DNA of 64,000 nt. Origin: Macrostomum lignano. Taxonomy: Eukaryota. The notes beneath the pieces are model-generated. The model did no database searches. It saw nothing but the letters and a program-made list of their open reading frames with translations, and was not told the DNA's origin. Location: assembly GCA_002269645.1 (NCBI GenBank), contig NIVC01002129.1, positions 124,001 through 188,000 on the forward strand, given 5' to 3'. This document shows, one piece after another, positions 36,005 through 47,644 of this stretch. A program made the translations under genes and the position numbers. The first letter of the stretch is position 1; each line of letters begins with the position of its first letter.

Positions 36005-37075
36005 AGCAAACTGTATAGAGGGTAGGACAGCAGGGAGGGTGGAGCTGTATGGAGGGTAGGACAGCAGGAAGGGTGAAGCTGTATGGAGGGTAGGACAGCA
36101 GGGAGGGTGGAGCTGTATGGAGGGTAGGACAGCAGGAAGGGTGAAGCTGAATGGAGGGTAGGACAGCAGGAAGGGTGAAGCTGTATGGAGGGTAGGACAG
36201 CAGGGAGGGTGGAGCTGTATGGAGGGTAGGACAGCAGGGAGGGTGGAGCTGAATGGAGGGTAGGACAGCAGGGATCGGGAGGAGCTGTATGGAGGGTAGG
36301 ACAGCAGGGATCGGGAGGAGCTGTATGGAGGGTAGGACAGCAGGGAGGGTGAAGCTGAATGGAGGGTAGGACAGCAGGGAGTGTTTGACAGTAGGAAAGG
36401 TTGCAGCAGGAAGGGTGAAGCTGTATGGAGGGTAGGACAGCAGGGAGGGTGAAGCTGTATGGAGGGTAGGACAGCAGGGAGGGTGGAGCTGTATAGAGGG
36501 TAGGACAGCAGGGAGGGTGGAGCTGTATGGAGGGTAGGACAGCAGGGAGGGTGGAGCTGTATGGAGGGTAGGACAGCAGGGAGGGTGGAGCTGAATGGAG
36601 GGTAGGACAGCAGGAAGGGTGAAGCTGTATGGAGGGTAGGACAGCAGGGAGGGTGGAGCTGTATGGAGGGTAGGACAGCAGGAAGGGTGAAGCTGAATGG
36701 AGGGTAGGACAGCAGGAAGGGTGAAGCTGTATGGAGGGTAGGACAGCAGGGAGGGTGGAGCTGTATAGAGGGTAGGACAGCAGGGAGGGTGGAGCTGAAT
36801 GGAGGGTAGGACAGCAGGGATCGGGAGGAGCTGTATGGAGGGTAGGACAGCAGGGATCGGGAGGAGCTGTATGGAGGGTAGGACAGCAGGGATCGGGAGG
36901 AGCTGTATGGAGGGTAGGACAGCAGGAAGGGTGAAGCTGAATGGAGGGTAGGACAGCAGGGAGGGTTTGACAGTAGGAAAGGTTGCAGCAGGAAGGGTGA
37001 AGCTGTATGGAGGGTAGGACAGCAGGGAGTGGGGAACTGTATGGAGGGTAAGACAACATGGAGGGTAGGACAGTA
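36005..37075 (-). repeat. 34-bp minisatellite, right-arm copy (inverted relative to 19445-20130)
   Basis: ggtggagctgtatggagggtaggacagcagggag is the reverse complement of the left-arm unit, including the same gtttgacagtaggaaaggttgc variant. Confidence 0.95.
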
Positions 37076-37630
37076 GGGAGGGTATGGAGTAGGACAGGAG
37101 GGAGAGTAGGATAGCAGGGATTGACATAGATAGTAGAGCAACAAGGAGATAGGGTGGGATAGCAGGGAAGGTGGAACATTAGGATTCAGGAAAGGGGTGG
37201 GGCAATGAGGTGGAGCAGCAGGGTAGAAGATAAGAGGGGCAACAAGGAGGGCATTGCAGGGAGGGTAGGATAGCATGAAAGTGGAATATAAGGATAAAAG
37301 GGTAGGATAGCACTGAAAATAAAACACAATATAGCAATGACAGAACAAGCAAGATGGGATAACAAGGTAGGATAACAAGGTGGGTAGTACCAGCAAAATA
37401 GATAGTGGCAATGAGAGAGGGTAAAGCAATAGAAGAGAAAGTAAAATACCAAAGAAATGGGAAAACAAAGTTAAAGCAATAATGCAATAACTTGAATAAG
37501 GTAGGACAGCCAAAAAAGATTGGATAATATGAAAGGCAAGAAAATGGTCACAATACAATGATACAAATAAGTAGCAAAGAGGTTTAAAGAAACTAATATT
37601 TTATTGTCAATAATAGTTAGGCCTAGCTAT

Positions 37631-37805
37631 CATGGGTGGCGGGAGCTTGTGGCACAGGGGGCATGTGCCCCCCAGAAAATGAGTCCATATGGTAATTTTT
37701 AGTGCTTTTTCTTATTTCAGATTCTAATTAACTTATAAAGGTACCTGTGCCCCCTTTGTCCTGTGCCTGGTGCCCCCCCTCAAATATTAGGCTCCACCGC
37801 CTTTG
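37631..37805. mobile_element. hAT-type MITE (175 bp)
   Basis: 8-bp TSD CTAGCTAT at 37623-37630 and 37806-37813; imperfect ends CATGGGTGGCGGGAG / CTCCACCGCCTTTG. The 8-bp TSD is the basis for the hAT call. Confidence 0.78.
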
Positions 37806-37999
37806 CTAGCTATTAAAAGCGATACTAGCTATACTATTATTTTAATTAAACATGTATAATAGCTGGTATATAATAAACTTTTAATATACCACATAACCTA
37901 TAATAATAAACAACAATATAATAAAGACTTTATAAATATAATATTAAATATAGCATAGTATCAAATTCTAGGTATTTATTTGAAAACTAATTGATAGAA

Positions 38000-38605
38000 G
38001 GCAGTGCTTATTTAGCCGGCACCGGTCAAATAAGCGCGTCACTATTTAGCCGGCAGTCCTGCCCCATTGCCGGTCAAATAAGCGCGTCACTATTTATCTG
38101 GCAGGCCTGCCCAACTGCCGGTCAAATAAGCCCGTCACTATTTAGCCGGCAGTCCTGCCCCAGTCCTGCTGCCGGTCAAATAAGCCCGTCACTATTTAGC
38201 CGGCAGTCCTGCCCCACTGCCGGTCAAATTAATAAGCTATAACCCATTCATCCAAGCGATCCTTGCCCTCTCGTGTGCTACAGACAGTATACATGTACAG
38301 TATGGCCAGGGCCCACAACTAGGACGTATTAAACATTCGCCGACACTTATTCAGACACTTCTACAGACACTTTAGTTTCTGTCGTACGAATCGTAGGAAC
38401 AAGCATTAAATTTGTTTATTGCCGGCTAAATAGTGACGAGCTTATTTGACCGGCAGTGGGGCAGGACTGCCGGCTAAATAGTGATGGGCTTATTTGACCA
38501 GCAGTGGGGCAGGACTGCCGGCTAAATAGTGACGGGCTTATTTGACCGGTGCCGGCTAAATAGTAGCGAACTTATTCGACCGGTGCCGGCTAAATAAGCA
38601 CTGCC
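38000..38605. mobile_element. Mutator-type foldback MITE (606 bp)
   Basis: 9-bp TSD TTGATAGAA at 37991-37999 and 38606-38614; ends GGCAGTGCTTATTTAGCCGGC / GCCGGCTAAATAAGCACTGCC; arms built from ~45-bp subrepeats. Confidence 0.85.
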
Positions 38606-39312
38606 TTGATAGAAAATTAATTATTATAATGTAAATATAGGCCTGGCCTATTGTCTATTAAAAACTAATAATTCCATTTCCATATCAATTCATATATACA
38701 AAGAACTATATCTAAGTTACCTATAACGTAATAAAATATACTCATTTTTAAGAGACTAAGAGTATTATACTATATTATATATCCTTGTTCACTCACTTAG
38801 CATTTCAATAATACAATATAGTTAATTTAATATGCCTAGTTATAGACATAGTCCCATAGACCTAATTGATGATTAGACAACACTTCTAGCTAGCTAGTTA
38901 ATGAATATGATTAATGAATAGATAGCTAGTAATTTTAGGGGCCTAAAGATAAAGCCAGGACCAGGTTGTATAGGCTGTACATCACTATGCTAAAACTCAA
39001 GAGAGAAAAAATAAACTGTGTACATGGAGACGAGTAGCTAGGCTTAGAGCTGGTAAAGTAGCACAGTTAGATTCTACTTATGGGGTATAGAATCATTCTA
39101 CAATGAAATTAAATACCCTACAACTAACTGCAACTCTACTTAAGCGAGCTAGCTCAATATGAACCCGAGAGTCATTTGAAATTGCGCGAAAGGGATAGGC
39201 TTTTTGTATTATGATACCGTGCTACCGTATCATATAGCATGATATTTCGGCCAAAACTGGCCCCTTTTGACGTGATATATACGGCCAAAAGTGTATATAC
39301 GGCTGTCCCGAC

Positions 39313-42311
39313 AGAGGTGTGCCTTTTGCGTCAGTGTGGGTGTACCGGCATATCTAGTATATTTCCGGTAACTGTTATCACCGAGGAAGGTATGTGTTGG
39401 CTTGCGAATGCATAAATAAACTGCTTTATAAGACCATAAAAGATCTCAGCCGGCGAGGGAGATGCTGTTCGTAATCTATGTTATACTGTAAACATATTTG
39501 TTGTTGTCTAGTACCTCTTTATCCTTCTGGAAATTTTGGAGCTAATTAGTAATAATTGAATGGGGGTAGTACCCTTATTATAAAACTATAGTTTTTATTG
39601 TATATTTCGCATCTACCGCCAGGCTACTTCCCTTAAATTTTTACGCGAAAGCTTATCACAAATGTAATTGGCTCATTTACAACCTTTACAAATTGAATTA
39701 TAGTGTTAAGTATGGCTAATTGTTTCTTCTTTCCAGTCAACGAGATTCCTATTAAAGTGGAGGTTTGCTCCTGCACTACCTACCATGAAGCACTGCTGAC
39801 CCACGGTTTCTGGCCAATCCAAGCAAGACCTGAAAACGCAATTAAGGCTGTTGACGGCCGTGGCCATTGGTTTGCTTCTTCTTATTGACTGTCTCAACTC
39901 CCAATGTACAGCCTCACTCTCCTCACTGTGTGCTGCACTGAGGCACTTTCGGAATTCAATGTGGATACCCACAACCTTGACGGTATGTTTTGTGGCTATT
40001 GTTTGGGTCATGTCATGAACTTTTATTTTCTTGTCTGAAGAGCCCCACTTTTGAATTCAGGTTGACCTTTTCCGAACACTCAACGTCAATGGATCATTTC
40101 GTGCTTTTCGAAGCGTTCTTCAGAGCTTACGATGGGGACAGAACGCGTCATGTCCGGCGTGTCATGTGGTACGGATTGTCTAATACTAACTCTGTGCTCC
40201 TTCATTTTGCTTCGTGTCTTGATTTTCCGTCATTGTCGTAGAAATAGTCATCAGTACAGCATTTGTAAAGCCGAATCTACTTTATGGTTCTGTAAAACTA
40301 CTAATTACAGTCTTTACCATAGCAACACACAGTTAGTTGATGGCAGTGCCCAACTCTATTTGTAGAAAAATGAAACATCCGATAATCCGTCACCAGTGTT
40401 TCTTATGATGGATGCGTGCTTTGGCATCCGCCATCGCAGGAACGCCGGTAAAGCTACTATGCCACCCGCTTCTGGCTTCTTTATCGACGTAGACCACAGC
40501 AATGGTGTTCAGCCTTCTGAGGGGCACTGCGCCAACTGGAGCGCCGGCGGTCGAGGCCAGGGTCTTACCAGCGGAGCTGATCGCAACAAATTGGATGTGT
40601 ACGGTTTATTTTGTGGCTCATGCCCACACTCGTTCATCAGGTACATGGAAGATGTGACTACTCCTGGCGAGCGGTAATTCCTTTCAGTGCTTTGCTGCGA
40701 GTACTAGTTTTCCTTTCTGATTTTTGAACGCCAGTTATTTTGCTTTTTTACAGCCTCAACTACAGCGAGTGCATGGTTCAGCAGATGCTGCGCGATATTC
40801 CTCCCCACGTTCCAATAATCGTATCTTACGATATAAGTTGCAAATTGGCTGGTCGATTCTGCGATCCACGATTAACTTTTGTCTTGCCGGCATTGCACGT
40901 TTATGGTCACGTTCTTCGTTGTCAGTTGTTGTTCGGCATTCGTGCCACCGAGTCTGTGGGCCTGATAGATGGCGAGAGCGTTGAGCGCATTTGGCCGCCA
41001 TTCCGCAGATTTGGACCTCAAGTAAAGGAGATGGCACAGGATAATCGTCGCAATTTTTTGAATTACGTCGCTGACACTATGAACTTCGCACGCATCATGT
41101 CGATCAGTTAGTATTTTATTTGTGTGAATTAATTCGTATGTCGTTGTGATATAGTATGTTTATATTTATTATTTTTTTGTATATTATCAATCTGAATGAA
41201 AAATTCATTTCCATCTATCCATTTTCAGCTGCTTGGTTGCAAAGTCGCCGAAAGGTTGATGAGATAGCATTCTTGCGCTTTGAGACAGAGTTCGCAAAGT
41301 TTTTGGAAGAAAGCAAAAGCACTCGTGAGTTTTTATGAAAAAAATGTAGACGCTAATACTGTACAAAAAATTTCATTACTAGACAGCACTTTTGAAACAT
41401 TAAATGAGGTTGCAGTGAAAAAAATCGAAGTAGTTTTTTTTACTTATTAGATTTGAGAGCGCGTTTCCATCCACCTTTTTAAGCAGGAGCTGCACTTTTC
41501 CTTTTCAGTAACTGTTGACGAATTCCTACAGAAGGCAGGAGAGTCGCGGGAGACAGTTTTGTCTTCCTTGAAGGCTAAACCCACAGCAGCAACCTCAAAG
41601 AAAGCTGAAGCCATCCGCAGCTTGTATCGTGTTGCATGCGAGCGCCAGTACCTAATTGACCATGCTGCAACTGAGCGTGGCCAGCGAATGAACCGACTGC
41701 TGACTGTAACGAACCAAAAGCTTCTGAAAAAGACCAGGAGCATTGTAGCGAAATTTAACGGTCTGCACCAGAGTGACCAACTTGACTATCAAGATTTCAT
41801 TTCCCCGAATTCTGAAGGATTTCAGCAGCTGCTGCACATTAATGGGGATATCGCACAGAAAGCTCGAGCTGTTAAGCTGCGAGACTTGTACTTCCGCTGT
41901 AAAGAGGAGTCACAACGAGTAGCAGCCGAAGTGAGGCGAGCATCATTTTTTTCGTTGATGCGCTACAAGTAACCCGCTCGCAGATTCAAAAGGCCAGAGG
42001 ATTACCGATTTCAACAATGCTTCACATGCGTGAAAATGGCATTTGTCGTTTAGTAAGATCTCATCTGTCAGCCTTTCCGTCCGAGTTCCCGATTCTCCAT
42101 GAAGCAGCTAATACCAGATGCGACAGTGAAATTATTGAATCAAGTGAGTATTTGCATTTATTAGCCAGTCTTGCAAATTCCGATTCTGTTTTTACATTAT
42201 ACGTAAAACTCAAAACACTTTTTTCTAGTGCCCCTTTCGGACTTCAGTAAGGACAGTGAAAGCTCTCAGGCAACAACAATATTATCAGATACCGACGAAG
42301 ACTATATCTAG
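39313..42311 (+). pseudogene. Outer KDZ transposase, 3' exons (frameshifted)
   Basis: 39313-39389 completes exon 3 (TEVCLLRQCGCTGISSIFPVTVITEE). From 39737: VNEIPIKVEVCSCTTYHEALLTHGFWP, with a frameshift near 39845. Then VDLFRTL..SCPACHV; FLMMDACFGIRHRR..GSCPH..PGER; VSYDISCKL..LPALHVYGHVLRCQ..GLIDGESVERIW; ACERQYLIDHAATERGQRM; acidic tail ending near 42311. Colinear exon-for-exon with 32675-35947. Confidence 0.9.
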
Positions 42312-42538
42312 ATAACTGATTGCTGTTTTGACACTTGAATTTCTGTAACTACGAGCTATGAACTTTTTGGGTACCGTTTGAATAATTCTTTTGCCAGTAA
42401 ATATCCGTTTCTTGTTGCTAATTAATGCAAGTTTTTGAAGGCCTTGTCAATTTGCTTATCCTGCGATTTCATCATTTTTACGATTTATAATCATTAATAT
42501 TTATCTTTGATTGCAAACCTCAGGACAAGTGTCCATTA

Positions 42539-42930
42539 GGATAGCACGAACTTTGCTAGCCGAGAATTTTGCTAGCCGGAAAGTTGCTAGCGGAGAAAAT
42601 TTGCAGCAATGTATGTACCAGCTCAGCATTTCAACATCTGACTAATTTTGCAGTTGTGCATCAATTGTAAATTGTAAGATCTTTTGTATATCTATCTATA
42701 ATACATTTATGGTATATTAGCTGCATTAAGAACCTGTATTTAAAAAAAGAAATGCATGTATTAGGTTTTGTAATTGATTCATAACTGTAAAATTAGACAG
42801 ATGTTGAAATTCTGAGCTGGTTAATACCTTGCTGCAAATTTTCTCCGCTAGCAACTTTCTGGCTAACAAGATTCTCGCCCGGAAACTTTATGGCTGGCAA
42901 CTTTCTCCGGGTGGCAAAGTTCGTAGACCC
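42539..42930. mobile_element. Small MITE-like inverted-repeat element, family unassigned
   Basis: cacgaactttgc..gaaagttgctagcggagaaaatttgcagcaa (42546-42608) is mirrored by ttgctgcaaattttctccgctagcaactttc..gcaaagttcgtag (42830-42925); TA on both flanks. Confidence 0.55.
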
Positions 42931-44487
42931 TACCACTAGACTTAAGAATACCAGTATTTCATTTGAAACAAAGAATAAAAAATGTCTACCATTGCGGAAC
43001 AACAATTACCAACCCCTGATACCAATGTTAGCAGCAGAGTCTGACTTGTTGTTTGTCGCTACCGCCACGTAATTTTTTAAATGTTACTGCTCTTCATGAA
43101 GGACGCGTGCAAAATACAAATATAAACATTTTCATGTCCAATTTCATAAAATTATGCATGACCTGGCAGCCATGGTCTTTTAAGCAGTCATGACTAGGCG
43201 CTATCCGATCTTAATCGGACATTAAATATTTTTGTATCGAAAACTTAATCTGTTTTATGTTTCTGCAGTGTTTCTTCAATTATTGGTACATGCATTATTT
43301 AGTCAGTCGGGCTTTTTTTACGCTCTAAAAGTAAAATTTTCTATGAGTGAACTCACACTTTTATCTCGAACTTTTATCTCGCTTTTAGTGGTGACACTTG
43401 GGCAGTGTTTTGAATGCGACCTATCTTCCCAGTAATCTCCTAATGTCTTTACTTGCTCGCTCGATCGTCCACGGTGCAGATTTGCTGAGCGCTCAATTCT
43501 GCTGAGTAGTGACCAGTGACGTCGTCCATTGTGAATGAAAAATTTAGGCAGTATTTCAGCACAGGGTTAGGGGTCCATTGAGGGTGGGAAGGGGCTCGCA
43601 GCAGTCTACAAGTCAGCTTTTTAGAACACATGTAATTGTTATTTGACTAAGATCTACATTTAGCTTCCCACATAACCAAAAGCCTCGCGGAAAGACCGCG
43701 TCGACATCGCCTGGCGACTCGCGAAATTGTCGCCGGGCGACCGCCCAATTATCGCCAAAGTGTCGCCTTTGTCCGCCTGTGCGATATCGCTGCGGATCGC
43801 CCCGCGATATCGTCTGGCGAGTCTCTGTCGTAGTTACAGCGATGCACTCGTACACTTTACCGCTCTTTCAAGGGATAAAATTTTGTTACGAAAAAAACTA
43901 AGACTGAAGCTGAAGACACATACACAATTTCACAGTTCTATATAGAGGATGTCAAACACCAAGTGACCTCCTCGTCCTCAATAACATATGTCCAATCCTA
44001 TATACTAAAAATGAGTTGTTTGTTTGTACGCAATCGATTAGAGAAAAAATGGCTGGACCGATTTTCTTCGAACTTGCACTGTTCGATCAGAAATTTTCCT
44101 GGGACGGTACATGCATCTTGGCTAAGAAATTGCTCCATGTTAAAGCGATTAAATATTCGAAAAACATGCTTTTTTGCAAAGGTCAAGCAAACTTTTCGAC
44201 TTGAAATGCATTGTAATAATGCTAGAGAAAAAACTGACTGGTTGAATTCTGATTCTGAAATAGATTGCATCATAACTGAATTGTAACTCCAGCTTGAATT
44301 GCGTCACAGTATTGAAAATGCAGTGTGGAAGCGTAGCACCAGACTTGATTTAGATTGCGTAACCATATTCTCAACTTTAATTGAGACTGATACTGACTTG
44401 CCTGGGAAATTGATTATGTCATAACTGCTTCGTGAGTGAGTGTTGAATTATATAAGTGCTACAATTTCATTTATAAATTCGATAAGA

Positions 44488-44548
44488 GCTAGCCTAGATG
44501 TGAACAGACTGGTCTGCAAATGCGGCGACCTGGGTTCGAATCTTAGTA
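44488..44548 (+). other. tRNA-derived (A/B-box) segment inside the Helitron
   Basis: gctagcctagatgtg ... ctgggttcgaatc; not a complete tRNA by eye. Confidence 0.45.
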
Positions 44549-44600
44549 GTGAAAAGTTTTTTATTAAAAGCTTTTATTCAAGGACAAATAAAGTACAAAA

Positions 44601-46200
44601 GGCGTCATGTAAAAAATCATGGAAGCGTCATGTAAACAATTATCGAAGCGTCATGTAAACAATTATAGAAGCGTCATGTAAAAAATCATTAAAGCGTCAT
44701 GTAAACAATCATAGAAGCGTCATATAAAAATCATATAAGTGTCATGTAAACAATCATAGAAGCGTCATGTAAACCATCATAGAAGCGTAATGTAAAAAAT
44801 CATAGAAGCGTCATGTAAACCATCATAGAAGCGTCATGTAAACACTCATAGAAGCGTCATGTAAACAATCATAGAAGCGTCATGTAAACCATCATAGAAG
44901 CGTCATGTAAACCATCATAGAAGTGTCATGTAAACCATCATAGAAGCGTCATGTAAACCATCATAGAAGTGTCATGTAAACAATCATAGAAGCGTCATGT
45001 AAAAAATCATTGAAGCGTCATGTAAAGAATCATAGAAGCGTCATGTAAACCATCATAGAAGCGTCATGTAAAAATCATAGAAGTGTCATGTAAACAATCA
45101 TAGAAGCGTCATGTAAAAAATCATAGAAGCGTGTAAAAAGCATAGAAGCGTCATATAAAACTCATAGAAGCGTCATGTAAAAAATCATAGAAGCGTCATG
45201 TTAAAAATCATAGAAGCGTCATGTAAAAATCATTGAAGCGTCATGTAAACAATCATAGAAGCGTCATGTTAAAAATCATATAAGCGTCATGTAAAAAATC
45301 ATAGAAGCGTCATGTAAACAATCATAGAAGCGTCATTTAAAAAAATCATAGAAGCGTCATGTAAACAATCATAGAAGCGTCATGTAAACCATCATAGAAG
45401 CGTAATGTAAAAAATCATAGAAGCGTCATCTAAAAATCATAGAAGTGTCATGTAAACAATCATAGAAGCGTCATGTAAAAAATCATAGAAGCGTCATGTA
45501 AACCATCATAGAAGCGTCATGTAAACCATCATAGAAGTGTCATGTAAACAATCATAGAAGTGTCATGTAAAAAATCATAGAAGCGTCATGTAAAAAATCA
45601 TAGAAGCGTCATGTAAAAAATCGAAGAAGCGTCATATAAAAAGCATAGAAGCGTCATATAAAAAATCATAGAAGCGTCATGTAAACCATCATAGAAGCGT
45701 CATGTAAACCATCATAGAAGCGTCATGTTAAAAATCATAGAAGCGTCATGTATAAAGCATAGAAGCGTCATGTAAAAAATCATAGAAGCGTCATGTAAAA
45801 AATCATAGAAGCGTCATGTAAACAATCATCGAAGCGTCATCTAAAAAGTCATAGAAGCGTCATGTAAACAATCATAGAAGCGTCATGAAAAAATCATAGG
45901 AGTGTCATGAAAAAATCATAGAAGCTTCATGTAAGCAATCATAGAAGCGTCATGAAAAAATCATAGAAGCCTCATTAAAAACTAATGAAAGTGTCATTTA
46001 AAAAATTAAGAAGCATCATGGTAGAATAAAAGAAGCGTCATGTCAGACATGAAAGGTGTCATGTAAAAATTAAATGAAGCTATAGTGCTGGGCTAGGGAG
46101 AAAAACTGAGACGTCAAGGCTAGAAGAAGAGTCATGTAAAAAATAAAAGTAGCACTATGTATACATAAAAGAAGAGTCATGTCGAAGTTAAAAGATTCCT
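44601..46200 (+). repeat. ~21-22-bp satellite array (~1.6 kb) inside the Helitron
   Basis: Dozens of tandem aaacaatcatagaagcgtcatgt / aaaaaatcatagaagcgtcatgt units, degenerating after ~45950. Confidence 0.95.
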
Positions 46201-46740
46201 TTGGGAATTGCTACGATGTCAAAGCTTGGTGGAAATCGTTATAGTGCTGTGATTCTTACAGAAGGAATCACTAAAATGCCAAGGCTTAGGGGAGAAGAAT
46301 TGCTGAGATTTCAAGACTTTAGGTTGGGTTAAAGTTAGGTTTAGGTCAGGTGTGGGTTGAGGGTTATATTTTATCGGGTTTCAAGGTTAACAGGGGATTT
46401 TTTAGATTTCAAGGTTTATGGGGGCCATTGCTGACATGTCAAGGCTTACGGGGGGAATAGCTGAGATGTCAAGGCTCACGGGGGTATAAATGAGATTTCA
46501 AGGCTAAAGTCAGAAGCTACATGTAGTTTATTGAAAACTTTTTATTACATTATTTGATGCCTCCTCAGGGGAGGGATCGCTGATAAAAAAGCGTAATGTA
46601 AAAAATAAAATAAGCTTCATGTCGAAGTGAAGAGATGCATTTGGGAATCCCTACGATGTCGAGGCTTGCAGGGAATCGCTATAATGCTGTAGTAGTGCTA
46701 TAATGACTCTTAGAGAGAATTACTGAAATGTAAATGCTTT

Positions 46741-46834
46741 AGGGTTAGGTTAGGGTTAGGGTTAGGTTAGGGTTAGGGCTAGGGTTAGGCTAGGGTTAGG
46801 GTTAGGGTTAGGGTTAGGCTAGGGTTAGGGTTAG
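46741..46834 (+). repeat. Interstitial telomeric-type (TTAGGG)n tract inside the Helitron
   Basis: agggttaggttagggttagggtt... ~15 units with variants; degenerate counterpart at ~3465-3520. Confidence 0.9.
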
Positions 46835-47644
46835 AAGGTTGACAGATATTTTTAGATTTCCAAGGCTTATTGGGGGCATTGCTGAGATGTCAAGGGGGGA
46901 AGTTGATATGTTAAAGCTTGTGGGGGGGAATTACTGATATGTCAAGGCTTACAAGTTTTGACAGGAGATTTTTTAAGATAAGGATACATGTAGCTTATTA
47001 AAAAAACGTGTATTGCATTTCTTTGGCTCCCCAACGGGGGCGTAGATTGCTAGTAATTTCCTATAATCCTTTATTTTGGATTAAGACGTTCAGGGGTATT
47101 AAAACGGTAAAAAAGTGTAACATTGTTGTGTAATGTAAGATGGAAAAGACGGTCACATTAATTCAATTACTAAAGCACTTACTAAAGGCAAGTCAAATTC
47201 AAAGTAACACGGTGGCCCCGCCATTGCGGGAGAAAAATTCCCTGGGTTTCCCTGGACATTCAAGGACTTTCATTCTAAGGATTTTCCAGGATATCTCGAT
47301 CCCTTCGATTTTTGAGGCGCCCACCCCCGAATTCTTCAGGCACCCTTCAGCTTTTACAATTTTCCTGGTGCCCTTCAATTTTTGAGGCACACTCCTGAAT
47401 TTTTGAGGTGCACTTCATTTTTAGGCACCCTTGCAATTTTTCAAGCGCCCTTCAATTTCTAAACTTTAAGTATTTTCTTTTACTTCTATCTACATGTCCC
47501 CATTGCTAAAATTAATATGATCTAATAGAAAATTTCAACTGATAAAAATCAGCCCATGAGTAAAATTGCCGGGGATTTCCAGGATTTCAATGACGCAGGG
47601 CTACCCTGAAAAAAGTCAAGTTAAATTCAAATTACTGAAGAAAA

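Larger units (their letters stand above)
13825..39305 (-). mobile_element. Giant (25,481 bp including secondary inserts) KDZ-family DNA transposon with long inverted arms and a 7-bp TSD
   Basis: The left end CACCCGTATATACTCTTTTGGCCGTATATATCACGTCAAAAAGGGCCAGTTTTGGCC matches the reverse complement of the right end, CAGCCGTATATACACTTTTGGCCGTATATATCACGTCAAAAGGGGCCAGTTTTGGCC. Similarity continues through AT-rich DNA into the shared 34-bp minisatellite. TCCCGAC occurs at 13818-13824 and 39306-39312. Removing the element restores a host exon. Confidence 0.85.
10406..42311 (+). mobile_element. Outer (host) KDZ/Zisupton-like DNA transposon, split by the inner giant element; right terminus not found
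   Basis: Starts CACCCGTATATAC, the same terminus as 13825. Then ~1.3 kb AT-rich DNA, a C/T-rich minisatellite and a spliced CxC-KDZ gene whose exon 3 is interrupted at 13824/39313. The end given is the gene stop, not the element end. Confidence 0.78.
43996..47053 (+). mobile_element. Non-autonomous Helitron (3058 bp), full-length copy
   Basis: Inserted between A and T with no TSD. 5' end TCCTATATACTAAAA...gtttgtttgtacgc...ggaccgatttt; 3' hairpin gctccccaacgggggc followed by CTAG at 47050-47053. Confidence 0.8.

Noticed and set aside
44488-44548. Functional tRNA gene
   Set aside because: Only A/B-box-like motifs are seen; acceptor and anticodon stems do not pair convincingly and the two copies are diverged.
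46741-46834. TTAGGG tract as a chromosome end or fusion point
   Set aside because: Short, degenerate, single-orientation and embedded within a Helitron whose other copy has the same feature.
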